A DNA stretch of 64,000 nucleotides from an uncultured Actinomycetota bacterium (lineage in GTDB: Bacteria; Actinomycetota; Actinomycetes; Propionibacteriales; Nocardioidaceae): positions 208,129 through 272,128 of the forward strand of contig CAWJMC010000007.1 of the NCBI GenBank assembly GCA_963843875.1. The letters run 5' to 3'. Shown here in pieces: positions 28,635-40,827 of the stretch; position 1 is the first letter of the stretch; each line of letters starts with the position of its first letter. The notes beneath the pieces were generated by a model. The model did no database searches and was not told the DNA's origin. It worked only from the letters and a program-made list of their open reading frames with translations. The position numbers and the translations under genes were made by a program.

Positions 28635-29121
28635 TCAGCGGTCGGCGAGGTAGGTACCGGCCGACCTTGTGCTCGGCCTTGAGCGCCTTGAGCAACAGGT
28701 CGGCGACCAGGCCCTCGAGCTTGCCGCCGACGAGCGGGACGCCGACCTTGATCTGCATCTCGACCCGCTCGGTCGTGCCGGCGGGGTCCTCGGTGACGGC
28801 GATCGTGCCGTGGATCTCGCCGGGCTTGCCGGGGATCGCGATGTCCAGCGTGGCGGCGGTGGGAGAGGACCAGTCCTCGGTCTGGACGATGTTGATCTCG
28901 TCGCCGACGATCCTGGTGGCGAACGACGGGATGCCGTGCGGGGCCTGCACCTGGTCGACCGAGACCTCCATCCCCTCGCCCCTCGCGGTGACGGTCACGG
29001 TACGTCGCAGCACCTGCTGGTAGTCGCAGACCTCCTCGCGGAACGCCGGGTCGGCCAGCATCGCGTGGACCTGCTCGGCGGTGGCGCCGTCGTAGCGCAG
29101 GTCGTGCTCGATCTTCTTCAT
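28635..29121 (-). CDS. DUF2505-family (SRPBCC-like) protein
   Basis: VHAMLADPAFRE, IVQTEDWS, VGVPLVGGKLEGLV; 3' end inferred across a frameshift. Confidence 0.8.
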
Positions 29122-29166
29122 GACGCTCATCCTGTCCCATCGCGACCACTACCGTGACCCGGATGG

Positions 29167-30009
29167 ATGACAGGACCGCCCGACGAGTCGTTCGTCAGCT
29201 TCGGGGAGGAGGGCGCCCAGCTGACCTACGGCAGCTACCTTCGACTGCCGCAGCTGCTGGACAGCCAGCACCTCGAGAGCGGCGACGACACCGAGCCGCC
29301 CGCGCACGACGAGCTGCTGTTCATCACCATCCACCAGGTCTACGAGCTGTGGTTCCAGCAGCTGCTCCACGAGGCGGACGCGGTGCGGGACGCCCTGGTC
29401 GCGCACCGTGGCCGACAGCGGCGGGCGCGACCTGTGGTTCGCGCGGCACCTGCTCACCCGGATGCACGTCATCGAGCGGGTGCTGGTCGCCGCAGGTCGA
29501 CGTGCTGGAGACGATGACCCCGCAGGACTTCCTGGAGTTCCGCCAGCGCCTGGCGCCGGCCAGCGGGTTCCAGTCGGTGCAGTTCCGCGAGCTGGAGTTC
29601 CTCTCCGGCGCCAAGGACGCGGCGTACCTCCAGCGCTTCCGCGGCCTCACCGAGCGACGAGCAGGCGCGGCTCGAGCGGCGGCTGGCCGAGCCGAGCCTG
29701 TGGGACGGGTTCGTGCACGTGCTCGGGCGAGGCCGGTCTGGACACCGCCTCGCGACGAGGCGATCACCGCGTCGCTGCGCACGGTCGCGCACGACCGCTC
29801 GTCGTACGCCGACGTCTGGGGCCTGGCCGAGGCGCTGCTCCAGCACGACGAGCTGGCCGCCGCGTGGCGGGCGCGCCACGTGGTGATGGTGGAGCGGATG
29901 ATCGGGTCCAAGACCGGCACCGGCGGGCTCGACGGGCGCGGAATACCTGCGCTCCCGGCTGGACTTGAAGTACTACCCGCTGCTGTGGGAGCTGCGGTCG
30001 GCACTGTGA
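29167..30009 (+). CDS. kynA: Tryptophan 2,3-dioxygenase (frameshifted)
   Basis: [59 protein letters not shown]. Confidence 0.92.
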
Positions 30010-30036
30010 AGCAGACGGGTCGAGAGGGAGCACACC

Positions 30037-31486
30037 ATGGTCCGAGCCGACGGCACCGAGGCCGGTGCGGCGTCCCGCGTCGAGCTCAACGGCACCAACG
30101 TGATCGCCGAGGCGGAGCGCAAGGGTCGCCCGCGGGACCTGTTCTGGCCGTGGACGGCCGCCTCGATCTCGGTGTTCGGGATCGCCTACGGCTCGTTCGC
30201 GCTGGGGTACGGCGTCAGCTTCGCGCAGGCGCTCGCTGGCCGGCCTGGTCGGGGTGGTCGGCGCGGGGATCCTGGCCGGGCTGATCGCGATCGCCGGCAA
30301 GCGCGGCTCGGCGCCGACGCTGGTGCTCTCGCGCGCGGCGTTCGGGGTGCACGGCAACCGCGTGCCGTCGGCGTTCTCGTGGATCCTCAGCGTGGGCTGG
30401 GAGACCGTGCTCACCGCGCTGGCCGCGCTGGCCGCGGCGACCGTCGTCCGTGAGCTGGGGTGGGGCGGTGGTGACCTCACCCTGGCGATCGCGCTGGTCG
30501 TGGTGATCGCCCTGATCGTGGGCGGCGGCTTCCTCGGGTTCGACGCGATCATGCGTATCCAGACCTGGATCACCTACGTCGGCGCGGTGCTGACGGTGGT
30601 CTACGTCGTCCTGGTCGCGCACCGGATCGACTTCGGCGCGGTCGGCGGCCTGCCGAGCGGCGGGTTCGCGGCCGTCGTCGGGGTGCTGATCCTGATGGCG
30701 ACCGCGACCGGCCTGAGCTGGGTCAACGCGGCGGCCGACTACTCCCGCTACCTGCCGCGCCGTGCCTCGAGCGCGGGTGTCGCGGGGTGGACCGCGACCG
30801 GCCTCTCGCTGACCAGCATCGTGCTGTTCGGCTTCGGGCTGCTGCTGGCCGGCTCCGACCCGACGTTGAACGACGCCATCGGCGGCGACCCGATCGGCGC
30901 TCTCGCGACCATCCTGCCCGGCTGGTTCCTGGTGCCCTTCGTGGTGGTCGCGGTGATCGGCCTGGTCTCAGGAGCGCTGCTCGACATCTACTCCTCGGGC
31001 CTGTCGCTGCTCGCGCTCGGCCTGCCGGCCTCGCGCCCGGTCGCGGCGCTGGTCGACGGCGTGATCATGGTGCTCGGTGCCGTCTACGTGCTCTTCGTCG
31101 CGGGCAGCAGCTTCGTCGACCAGTTCCAGGGCTTCCTGATCACCCTCGGCGTGCCGATCGCGGCCTGGGCCGGGGTGATGCTGGGCGACATCGCGCTGCG
31201 CAAGCACGACTACGACGACGCCGCCCTGTTCGACCCGGCGGGCCGGTACGGCGCGGTGCGGTGGCCGGCCCTGGTCACGTTCCTGGTCGCGACCGTCGTC
31301 GGCTGGGGGCTGGTCACGAACACCTACGCGAGCTGGCTGACCTGGCAGGGCTACCTGATGGGACTCGTCGGCGGCAAGGACGGCGCCTGGGCCGGCGCGA
31401 GCCTCGGCGTGGTCGTGGCGCTGGCGATCGGGCTCGTCGGCTACCTGGCTCTCGAGCGGCGCAGCGTCGCGGCCTCCGAGGCCTGA
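30037..31486 (+). CDS. Purine-cytosine permease family (NCS1) transporter (frameshift near 30235)
   Basis: [46 protein letters not shown]; about 12 TM helices. Confidence 0.9.
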
Positions 31487-31550
31487 GCCTCGGACCACTT
31501 CGCGGGCGCGCGTCACCCCACGGACGTTTCGGCGGCGTTACTGTCGAGGC

Positions 31551-34500
31551 GTGCCCGCCACTCTCGAGGAACGCAAGAACGCCCTGCTCGACGACCTCTA
31601 CGCCCAGGTCGCCGGGCTCCCGGCCGTCAAGGGTGTGCGCCTGGAGACGCTGATCCGCGGCTACTACCGCCACGTCGACCCGGAGGACCTGATCGACCGG
31701 TCGGGCCGCGACCTCGGGGCCTGCGTGCTGCACCACTTCAACACCGCCGAGCGGCGTCCGCAGGGCACCGCGCTGGTCGACGTCCTCACCCCGCTGCCCG
31801 AGACCGACGGCTGGGGCGTCGAGGGCCGCACGGTGATCGAGGTGGTCACCGACGACATGCCGTTCCTGGTGGACTCGGTCACGATGGCGCTCGACGCCCG
31901 GGGTCACGAGGTGCACCTGGTGGTCCACCCCCAGTTCGTGCTGCGGCGCACGCTGGCCGGTGACATCGCCGAGCTCCTGGACGACACCGCCACGACCGAC
32001 GAGCACGACGTCGAGCGCGAGTCGTGGATGCACATCGAGATCGACCGGGTCCCCGACGACGAGCTCGACCAGATCCGCGAGGCGCTGGAGTCGGCACTCC
32101 ACGACGTCCGTGAGGCGGTCGAGGACTGGCCCCGGATGGCCAACCGCCTGGCCGACATCGTCGAGGAGCTGCGTGGCTCGGCCCCACCGCTGCCGGCCGA
32201 CGAGCTGGCCCAGGGTGAGGCCTTCTTGAGGTGGTTGGGCGACAACCACTTCACCTTCCTCGGCTACCGCGAGTACGACCTGGACCGCGAGGGTGAGGCG
32301 GAGGTGCTGCACGCGGTGCCCGGAACCGGCTACGGGATCCTGCGCTTCGACCCGCCGCCCGGGTCGGCGCGCGCGCTGCCGCCGGCGGCGGCGGCCAAGG
32401 CGCGCGAGCAGTCCCTGCTCGTGCTGGCCAAGGCGAGCTCGCGCGCGACCGTGCACCGCCCGGTGCACCTGGACTACGTCGGGATCAAGAAGTTCGACGA
32501 GGCCGGTGAGGTCTGTGGCGAGCGACGCTTCCTGGGCCTCTACTCCTCCGGGGCGTACGCCGAGTCGGTGACCAGGGTGCCGCTGCTGCGGGAGAAGGCG
32601 GCCAAGGTGATCACCCTGGCCGGCTACGAGCCGATGAGCCACGCCGGCAAGGCCGTGATGGACGTGCTCGAGGGCTACCCCCGCGACGAGCTGCTGCAGA
32701 CGCCCGCCGAGGACCTGGTCGGGATCGCGGACGCCGTCGCCCACAACCGTGAACGCCGTCAGCTGCGGCTGTTCTGCCGGCGCGACACCTACGGCCGGTT
32801 CCTGTCCTGCCTGGTCTACCTGCCGCGCGACCGCTACAACACGCGCGTGCGTGAGCGGCTCTCGCAGGTGCTCCGGGACCGGCTGGGCGCCGAGTCCGTG
32901 GAGTTCACCGCGCGGGTCAGCGAGTCCTACGCGGCCCGGCTGCACTTCGTGGCCCGGCCGGCGGCGGGGGCGGACCTGCACGAGGTCGACACCGCGAGTC
33001 TCGAGTCGGAGCTGGCCGAGGCGGCCCGGTCCTGGTCCGACGACCTGTCGGCCACGCTGCTGGCCGACGAGAGCCTCCAGGGCCCGGCCCTGCTGCGCCG
33101 GTACTCCGAGGCCTTCCCCGAGGCCTACAAGGAGGACTACGACGCCCGCACCGGCGCCGCCGACCTGACCCGGCTGTCCGCGATGGGCGACGACGAGACC
33201 GACTTCGTGCTCGCCCCCGACGACCGGGACCGGCGCCGGGTCCGGCTGAAGGTCTTCCGCACCGGCTCGGCCCTCTCGCTCTCCGAGGTGCTCCCGACCC
33301 TCACCGCGATGGGGGTGGAGGTGGTCGACGAGCGGCCGTACGCGCTCGCCGGGACGGACCTCCCGACCCATATCTACGACTTCGGGCTGCGCTACTCACG
33401 GGACTGGCCCGACTCCTCCTCGGAGAACTTCGTCGAGACCGTGCGAGCGGTCTGGGACGACCGGATCGAGTCGGACGGCTTCAACGCTCTCGTGCTGGCG
33501 GCCGGGCTCTCGGCCCGCCAGGCGATGCTGCTGCGGGCCTACGCGCGGTACATGCGCCAGGGAACGACCCCGTTCTCCCAGGAGTACATCGAGGAGACCC
33601 TGAGCACCAACGTCGACATCACCGCCCTGCTCGTGCGGCTCTTCGAGGCCCGCTTCGATCCTGGTGCCGACGGGCTCGACGCCCAGGACTCGCCGTGCAG
33701 GACTCGGTGCAGGACTCGGCGCGGACCTCGAGGACCAGCGACCTCGAGGAACGGATCGAGCGGGCGCTGGACGACGTCGCCGGACTCGACCGGGACCGGA
33801 TCCTGCGCTCCTACCTCGCCCTGATCGGGGCGACGCTGCGCACCAACTACTTCCAGAGTGGTGCCGACGACCAGTCGCACCCCTACCTCTCGCTCAAGCT
33901 GGCGCCGGCCGACGTGCCGGACCTGCCGGAGCCCCGCCCGCGCTTCGAGATCTTCGTCCACTCGCCCCGCGTCGAGGGCGTGCACCTGCGCTTCGGGCCG
34001 GTCGCACGCGGTGGCCTGCGCTGGTCGGACCGGCGCGACGACTTCCGCACCGAGGTGCTCGGCCTGGTCAAGGCGCAGATGGTGAAGAACACCGTGATCG
34101 TCCCGGTGGGCGCCAAGGGCGGCTTCGTGTGCAAGCAGCTGCCCGACCCCGGCGAACGGGAGGCGTGGCTGGCCGAGGGCGTCGCCTGCTACCGCACCTT
34201 CATCTCCGCCCTGCTCGACCTCACCGACAACCTGGTCGAGCAGCCCGGTGGGCGGATGGTCGTCCCGCCGCGCCAGGTCGTGCGCCACGACGACGACGAC
34301 ACCTACCTCGTGGTCGCCGCCGACAAGGGCACCGCGACGTTCTCCGACATCGCCAACGAGGTGTCGAAGGACTACGGCTTCTGGCTGGGCGACGCCTTCG
34401 CCTCGGGCGGGTCGGTGGGCTACGACCACAAGGCGATGGGCATCACCGCCCGGGGCGCCTGGGTCTCGGTGCAGCGACACTTCCGTGAGCGGGGGATCGA

Positions 34501-36440
34501 CTGCCAGAAGGAGGACTTCACCGCCGTCGGCGTCGGCGACATGTCCGGCGACGTGTTCGGCAACGGCATGCTCTGCTCGCAGCACACCCGGCTGGTCGCG
34601 GCCTTCGACCACCGCGACATCTTCATCGACCCGTCGCCCGACGCGGCCGCGTCGTACGCCGAGCGCCGCCGGCTGTTCGAGCTGTCGAGGAGCTCGTGGC
34701 AGGACTACGACAAGGAGCTGATCTCGGCGGGCGGCGGGGTGTGGCCGCGCTCGGCCAAGTCGATCCGGATCAGCCCGGAGGTCGCGACCGCGCTCGACCT
34801 GCCCGACGGGGTGTCCGCACTCTCGCCGCCGGAGCTGATGAAGGCGATCGTGAAGGCGCCGGTGGACCTGTTCTGGAACGGCGGGATCGGCACCTACGTG
34901 AAGGCCTCGACCGAGTCCCAGGTCGACGCCGGTGACAAGGCCAACGACGCGATCCGCGTGGACGGTGCCGACCTGCGCTGCGCCCTGGTCGGCGAGGGCG
35001 GCAACCTGGGGTTCACCCAGCTCGGCCGCGTGGAGTACGCCCGGTCCGGGTGCGGTGGTGAGGGCGGGCGGATGAACACCGACTTCATCGACAACTCCGC
35101 CGGCGTCGACACCTCCGACCACGAGGTCAACATCAAGATCCTGCTGGACCGCGTCGTCGTCTCCGGTGAGCTGGACACCGACGGGCGCAACGAGCTGCTC
35201 GCCTCGATGACCGACGAGGTCGGCGAGCTGGTGCTGGCCGACAACGACGAGCAGAACCTCGCCCTGGCCAACTCCGAGGCCCAGGCCCCGGCCCTGCTGC
35301 ACGTGCACGAGCACTGGATGCGGGAGCTGGAGCACCTCGGGCGCCTCGACCGGGAGCTGGAGGCGCTGCCGAGCCGGCGCGAGGTGTCCGCGCGGATCGA
35401 GGCCGGCACCGGACTCACCGCGCCCGAGCTGTCGGTGCTGCTGTCCTACGCCAAGATCCTGCACTCCGAGGCGCTGCTGGGCAGCGACCTGGCCGACGAC
35501 CCGTTCCTGCGCAACCACCTGTTCTCCTACTTCCCGCAGGGCATGCGCCAGGGCTACCGCGAGGCGATGCAGGCGCACCCGCTGCGCCCCGAGATCGTGG
35601 TCACCCAGCTGGTCAACGAGCTGGTCAACGGGGCCGGGATCAGCTACCTGCACCGGCTCGGTGGGGAGACGGGGGCCACCCCGGTCGAGCTGACCCGGGC
35701 GAACTTCATCGCCCGCGAGATCTTCGGCGCGGGAGCGATCAACCGCGACATCCACGGCCTCGACTTCACCGTCGACGCCGCGGTGCAGACCCGGATGCGG
35801 ATCGAGGTCCGCACGCTCGTCGAGCGGGTCTCGCGCTGGCTGGTCGACCACCGGCGGGCGCCGATGGACTGCGGAGGCGACCGTCGACCACTTCGACGTC
35901 GTCGCCCAGAAGGTGCTGGCCGCGCTGCCCGAGCTGATGACCGGGCGTGAGCTGACGGCCTACGAGCAGCGTCGCGACGACTACGTCGGTCTCGGCGTGC
36001 CGGGCGACCTCGCCTCGCGCGTGGCGGTGATGCCCCCGGCGTACATGATCATCGGGATGGTCGAGACGGCCGCCCGCGACGAGATCGACCCGCTCGAGGT
36101 CGCGCGCGTGCACTTCGCGCTGGGCGAGCGCCTGGACCTGCCGACCCTCGTCGCCCGGATCCTCGCGCTGCCACGCACCGACCGCTGGGAGACGATGGCA
36201 CGCGCCTCGCTGCGTGACGACCTGCACGGCGTGCACGCGCGGCTGACCGCCGAGGTGCTCGCCGCGACGTCGACCGACGACTCGGCCGAGGACCGCGTCA
36301 GCACCTGGGAGGCCGGCGAGGAGGGCCTGGTCGGCCAGGCCGCCGACACCCTGGCCCAGATCCTGGCCGAGGAGTCCTCCCAGCTGCCGCGGCTCTCCGT
36401 GGCGCTCCGGGTGGTGCGTTCGCTGCTCGCGACCCGCTGA
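31551..36440 (+). CDS. gdh: Large NAD-specific glutamate dehydrogenase (two frameshifts)
   Basis: [79 protein letters not shown]. Confidence 0.95.
33684..33721 (+). repeat. Three copies of CAGGACTCG (14/12-bp spacing) inside gdh
   Basis: Copies at 33684, 33698 and 33710; coincides with the frame change. Confidence 0.7.
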
Positions 36441-36564
36441 GGCGTCGCAAACGCGGGTGGCCCAGAATCGGGCGACCGTCGCGGGCTGCATCTGCGTCGC
36501 CTCGGGGCATCGACGATGCGTTGGGACGCCTCGACGCGCTCTGGGACTACGTTTGCGACGCCTC
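36439..36564. mobile_element. 126-bp MITE/REP-like element with 15-bp perfect terminal inverted repeats
   Basis: GAGGCGTCGCAAACG (36439-36453) and CGTTTGCGACGCCTC (36550-36564); inner CCCAGA/TCTGGG also pair. Confidence 0.55.
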
Positions 36565-36581
36565 GGCGTTAGCCTCGCCCC

Positions 36582-37871
36582 ATGGAGCTGAGCCGCACCG
36601 AGCAGGAGGTGCTCGCGCACCTCGACGTGGACCTGCTGCTGGAGCGCCTGGCGGCTCTGGTGCGGGTGCCGAGCGTGTCCGGGACCTCCGATGAGGAGCG
36701 CATCGTCGAGGTGTACGCCGGGATGCTCGACGAGGCCGGCCTGGCCCTCGACCACTGGGAGATCGACCTCGAGGAGACGATGGCCGACCCGTGGTTCCCG
36801 GGCGTGGAGGTCGAGCGCGAGCGAGCCTTCGGGCTCGTCGGAAGCACCGACCCGGAATCGAGGCCGGGCTCGAGCGGCGATCGGCCGGGGTTGGTCCTGC
36901 AGGGACACCTCGACGTCGTCCCGCCGGGCGACCCGGGCGCGTGGGGGATGACCGACCCGTTCTCCGCCGAGCTGCACGAGGGTCGCCTCTACGGGCGCGG
37001 TGCCTGCGACATGAAGGGTGGGGTCGCCGCGAACCTGGCCGTCGCCGAGACGCTGCGCGCGGCCGGCGTGCGCCTGGAGCGGCCGCTCGCCGTGCACGCC
37101 GTGGTCGCCGAGGAGGACGGTGGGCTGGGTGCGTTCGCGACCATGCGCCGTGGGCACCGGGGTGAGGCCGCGGTGCTGACCGAGCCCACCGGGGGCGGCC
37201 TGGTCGTCGCCAACGCCGGTGCGCTGACCTTCCGGATCGAGGTGCCGGGCCGCTCGGCGCACGGCAGCCGCCGCCTCGAGGGGCACAGCGCCCTCGAGGC
37301 GTTCTGGCCGGTGCACGAGGCGCTGCTGGTGCTGGAAGCCGATCGCAACCGCGACGCGGATCCGCTCTTCGGTGACCAGCCGCTGCCCTACGCGCTGTCG
37401 ATCGGAAGCGTGCACACCGGGGACTGGTCGTCCAGCGTGCCGGACCGGCTGGTCGCCGAGGGCCGGTACGGCGTGCTGCTGGGCGAGGAGCCGGCGTCGG
37501 CCCGGCTGGCGTTCGAGGACGCCGTGACCGAGGCGAGCCTGAAGGACTCGTGGCTGCGTGAGCACCGTCCCGTCGTCACGTGGCCCGGCGGGCAGTTCGC
37601 GAGCGGTCGGCTCGACCTCGCGCACCCGCTGATCGCTGAGACGGCGGCCGCGGCCCGCGACACCGGTGCCGTCGAGCCGGGGGTCCGCGCCGACCCGTTC
37701 GGCTCCGACCTGAGGATCTACGCCGGGATCGGCGGCATCCCCACCCTGCACTACGGACCGGGCGACCCGGGCCTGGCCCACGCCCCGCTGGAGCACGTCG
37801 AGATGACCGACGTGGTCGCCGTGACCCGCGCCCTGGTGGTGCTGGCCCTGCGTCGCTGCGGGGTGGCCTGA
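36582..37871 (+). CDS. ArgE/DapE-family M20 deacylase
   Basis: LQGHLDVVPPG, LYGRGACDMKGG, AEEDGG, EPT, LAHAPLEHV. Confidence 0.92.
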   Translation: MELSRTEQEVLAHLDVDLLLERLAALVRVPSVSGTSDEERIVEVYAGMLDEAGLALDHWEIDLEETMADPWFPGVEVERERAFGLVGSTDPESRPGSSGDRPGLVLQGHLDVVPPGDPGAWGMTDPFSAELHEGRLYGRGACDMKGGVAANLAVAETLRAAGVRLERPLAVHAVVAEEDGGLGAFATMRRGHRGEAAVLTEPTGGGLVVANAGALTFRIEVPGRSAHGSRRLEGHSALEAFWPVHEALLVLEADRNRDADPLFGDQPLPYALSIGSVHTGDWSSSVPDRLVAEGRYGVLLGEEPASARLAFEDAVTEASLKDSWLREHRPVVTWPGGQFASGRLDLAHPLIAETAAAARDTGAVEPGVRADPFGSDLRIYAGIGGIPTLHYGPGDPGLAHAPLEHVEMTDVVAVTRALVVLALRRCGVA

Positions 37872-37874
37872 GGC

Positions 37875-38799
37875 TCAGCTGGCCTTGCGGGTGGTCTTCT
37901 TGGCTGCCTTCGTGGCGGTCTTCTTGGCCGGGGTCTTCTTCTCGGCCGTCTTCTTCTGGGCGGTCTTCTTGCTCGTCTGCTTCGCCGGCTTCTTCGCGGG
38001 CTCCGCGTCCTCGACCTGCTCGCCGCGCGCCGTCTTCGCGGCGTTCACCGACTTCTGCAGCGCCGCGAGCAGGTCGACCACCTCGCCGGAGGTCTTGGTC
38101 GACTGGGGCGTGCGCTTGACCTCGCCGCCCTCGATCTTGGTCTTGACCAGCTCCTCGATCGCCTCGCGGTAGTCGTCCTCGAACTCGTCGGCGTCGAAGT
38201 CGCCGGCCAGGGTCTCGACCAGCATCGTCGCCATCTTCACCTCGGCCGGCTTGGCGTCGGAGGTGTCGACGGAGCCGAAGTCGGGCTGGCGGATCTCGTC
38301 GGGCCACATCATCGTCTGCAGCACGATCACGTCCTCGCGCACCCGCAGCACGGCCAGCGAGGTGCGGTTGCGCAGAGCGACGGTGACCAGCGCCATCCGG
38401 TCGGAGTCCTCGAGCGCCTGGCGCAGCAGGGAGTACGGCTTGGCCCCGGTCTTCTCGGGCTCGAGGTAGTAGGACTTCTCGAACAGCATCGGGTCGATCT
38501 GCTCGCTCGGCACGAACTTCTCGACGCTGATCTCGCGGCTGCTGGTGACGGGCAGGTCGGCCATGTCGGCGTCGTCGAGGATCACCATCTCGCCGTCCTC
38601 GGTCTCGTAGCCCTTGGCGATGTCGGAGTAGGCGACCTCCTCGCCGTCGATCGAGCAGACCCGCTGGTACTTGATCCGGCCCGCCGTCCTGGGCGTGCAC
38701 CTGCCGGAACGAGATGTCCTTGCTCTCCGTGGCGGAGTACAGCTTCACGGGCACGCTGACCAGCCCGAACGACACCGCGCCCTTCCAGATGGCTCGCAT
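37875..38799 (-). CDS. ku: NHEJ protein Ku with basic PAKK-rich tail (frameshift near 38680)
   Basis: MRAIWKGAVSFGLVSVPVKLYSAT, YYLEP, WPDEIR, FEDDYRE, VVDLLAALQKSV. Confidence 0.95.
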
Positions 38800-38822
38800 G
38801 CTCACCAGCATAGGGTCGAGAC
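38800..38822. promoter_or_regulatory. Bidirectional leaderless promoter for ku and the ligase
   Basis: Top-strand TAGGGT (38811-38816) 6 nt before ATG 38823; bottom-strand TATGCT (38812-38807) 7 nt before ATG 38799. Confidence 0.7.
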
Positions 38823-39744
38823 ATGTCCCGTGGCTCCCCCGGAAAGCCGATGCTCGCGGTCAAGGGTGAGCACGTGCCGGTCGGTGAGCAGTGGGTGCAC
38901 GAGATCAAGTGGGACGGGATGCGCACCCTGGTCGACGTCCACGCCGGCGAGGTCCGGGTCTGGACCCGCACCGAGCGCGAGGTGAGCGTGGCGTTCCCGG
39001 AGCTGGCCGAGCTGGGGATGGCGTACGACGACCTGCTGCTCGACGGCGAGGTGGTCCGCCTCGGTGACGGGGTGCCCAGCCTCGGCGGGATCGCCGACCG
39101 GATCCACCTGACCAGCGCCTCGCGCGCGGCGGCGCTCGCGGGGAGCAGCCCGGTCACGCTGATCGCCTTCGACGTGCTGCGCCACGGCGGGCGTGACCTG
39201 ACCCGCGAGCCCTGGTCGGACCGGCGTGAGGTGCTGGAGTCGCTCGGCCTCGACGACGTCTCCTGGCAGGTCCCCCCGACGTACGACGACGGGGTGGGGC
39301 TGCGTGCCGCGACCGAGGAGCAGGGCCTGGAGGGGATCGTGTCCAAGCGGGTCGACGCCCGCTACGAGTGGGGGGCGCGGAGCCGGAGCTGGCTGAAGTT
39401 CCCGCACCGGCCGACGGCGACGTACCTGGTCGGCGGCTACCGCTTCGAGACCGGCAGCGAGCACCGGATCGGCGCCGTGCTCGTGGGGGAGCGCACCGAC
39501 GACGGGCTGGTCTACCGCGGTCGCGTCGGCAGCGGGATCGCCGGGAGGGCCGGCCGGGTGCTGAGCGAGCTGCTCGCGCCCGCTGCGTCGGGCGGACCCG
39601 CCGTTCCTGCACGTGCCCCGTCTCGACGCGCAGGGCACGGTGTGGGTCGAGCCGGTGCGCAGTGTCGACGTCAGCTACCTGCGGGTCACCGACGACGGCC
39701 GGCTCCGGCAGCCGGCGTACCGGGGAGTCAGGAGCGACGCATGA
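38823..39744 (+). CDS. ligD: LigD-type ATP-dependent DNA ligase, stand-alone ligase domain (frameshift near 39590)
   Basis: HEIKWDGMR (KxDG), LDGEVV, AFDVL, EGIVSKR, RSRSWLK, GRVGSG, RLRQPAYRG. Confidence 0.9.
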
Positions 39745-40650
39745 GCTGAGGTCCAGGTCGAGGTCGACGGGCGCACCCTCAAGCTCTCCAACCTCGACAA
39801 GGTGCTCTACCCGCGCACCGGCACCACCAAGGGCGAGGTGCTCGACTACTACGCCCGGGTCGCGCCGGTGCTGCTGCCGCACGTCGCGGACCGCGCGGTG
39901 ACCCGGATCCGGTGGCCCAACGGCACCGAGGAGCACCGGTTCTTCGAGAAGAACGCGCCGGCGGGCGCCCCGTCCTGGCTGCGGATCGCGAAGGTGCCGA
40001 CGACCGGCTCGCGCGGAGCCTCGACCAGGTCTTCCGGGCACGGCGACGAGCTGCACTTCCCGGTGATCGACGGCCTGGCGGCGCTGACCTACCTGGCCAA
40101 CCTGGCCGCGCTGGAGCTGCACGTGCACCAGTGGCGGGTCGGGCGCAACGGGCAGCCGAAGAACCCCGACCGCCTCGTGATCGACCTCGATCCCGGCGAC
40201 GGCGCCGGGCTGGGGGAGTGCGCCGAGGTGGCGCTGCTGGTGCGTGACCGGCTGGGCGAGGACGACCTGGGCTGCCGGCCGGTGACCAGCGGCAGCAAGG
40301 GCCTGCACCTGTACGCCGACCTCGACGGCCGGCGCAACGCCGGGGAGGTGCGCGACCTGGTGCACGAGATGGCCGGGGAGCTGCAGAAGGCGCACCCCCA
40401 GCTGCTGCTCACGGAGATGACCAGGGCCAAGCGCAGCGGCAAGGTGTTCCTGGACTGGTCGCAGAACACGGCGGCGAAGACCACGGTGTCGCCGTACTCC
40501 CTGCGGGGGCGCGAGACCCCGACCGTGGCGGCGCCGCGGACCTGGGCGGAGATCGAGGCCGGCGCGGACGACCCGCTGGACCTGGAGCAGCTGCGCTTCA
40601 CCGAGGTCCTGGAGCGCGTCGAGGAGAGCGGAGACCTGTTCGCCGGGTGA
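39741..40650 (+). CDS. LigD-type primase-polymerase, stand-alone domain
   Basis: LSNLDKVLYP, RWPNG, FFEKNAP, DRLVIDLDPG, TSGSKGLHL, VFLDWSQN, SPYSLRG. Confidence 0.92.
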
Positions 40651-40670
40651 GGCCGGTCCCGACATGAAGA

Positions 40671-40697
40671 ATCCGCCGTCCCCGGGACACGGCGGAT
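40671..40697. terminator. Stem-loop after the NHEJ polymerase gene
   Basis: ATCCGCCGT ... ACGGCGGAT 9-bp perfect stem. Confidence 0.55.
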
Positions 40698-40827
40698 CAT
40701 CGTTGTCCACTATGCCCGCCTTCACCGGATCGCAAACCCTCCCGAAGGCCGGTATCGACTGACACGGGTGCCGCCCGTTGCCTACCCTTGGCTCCGTCCG
40801 GCCCACCCGCAGCGAAGGACCTCACGG

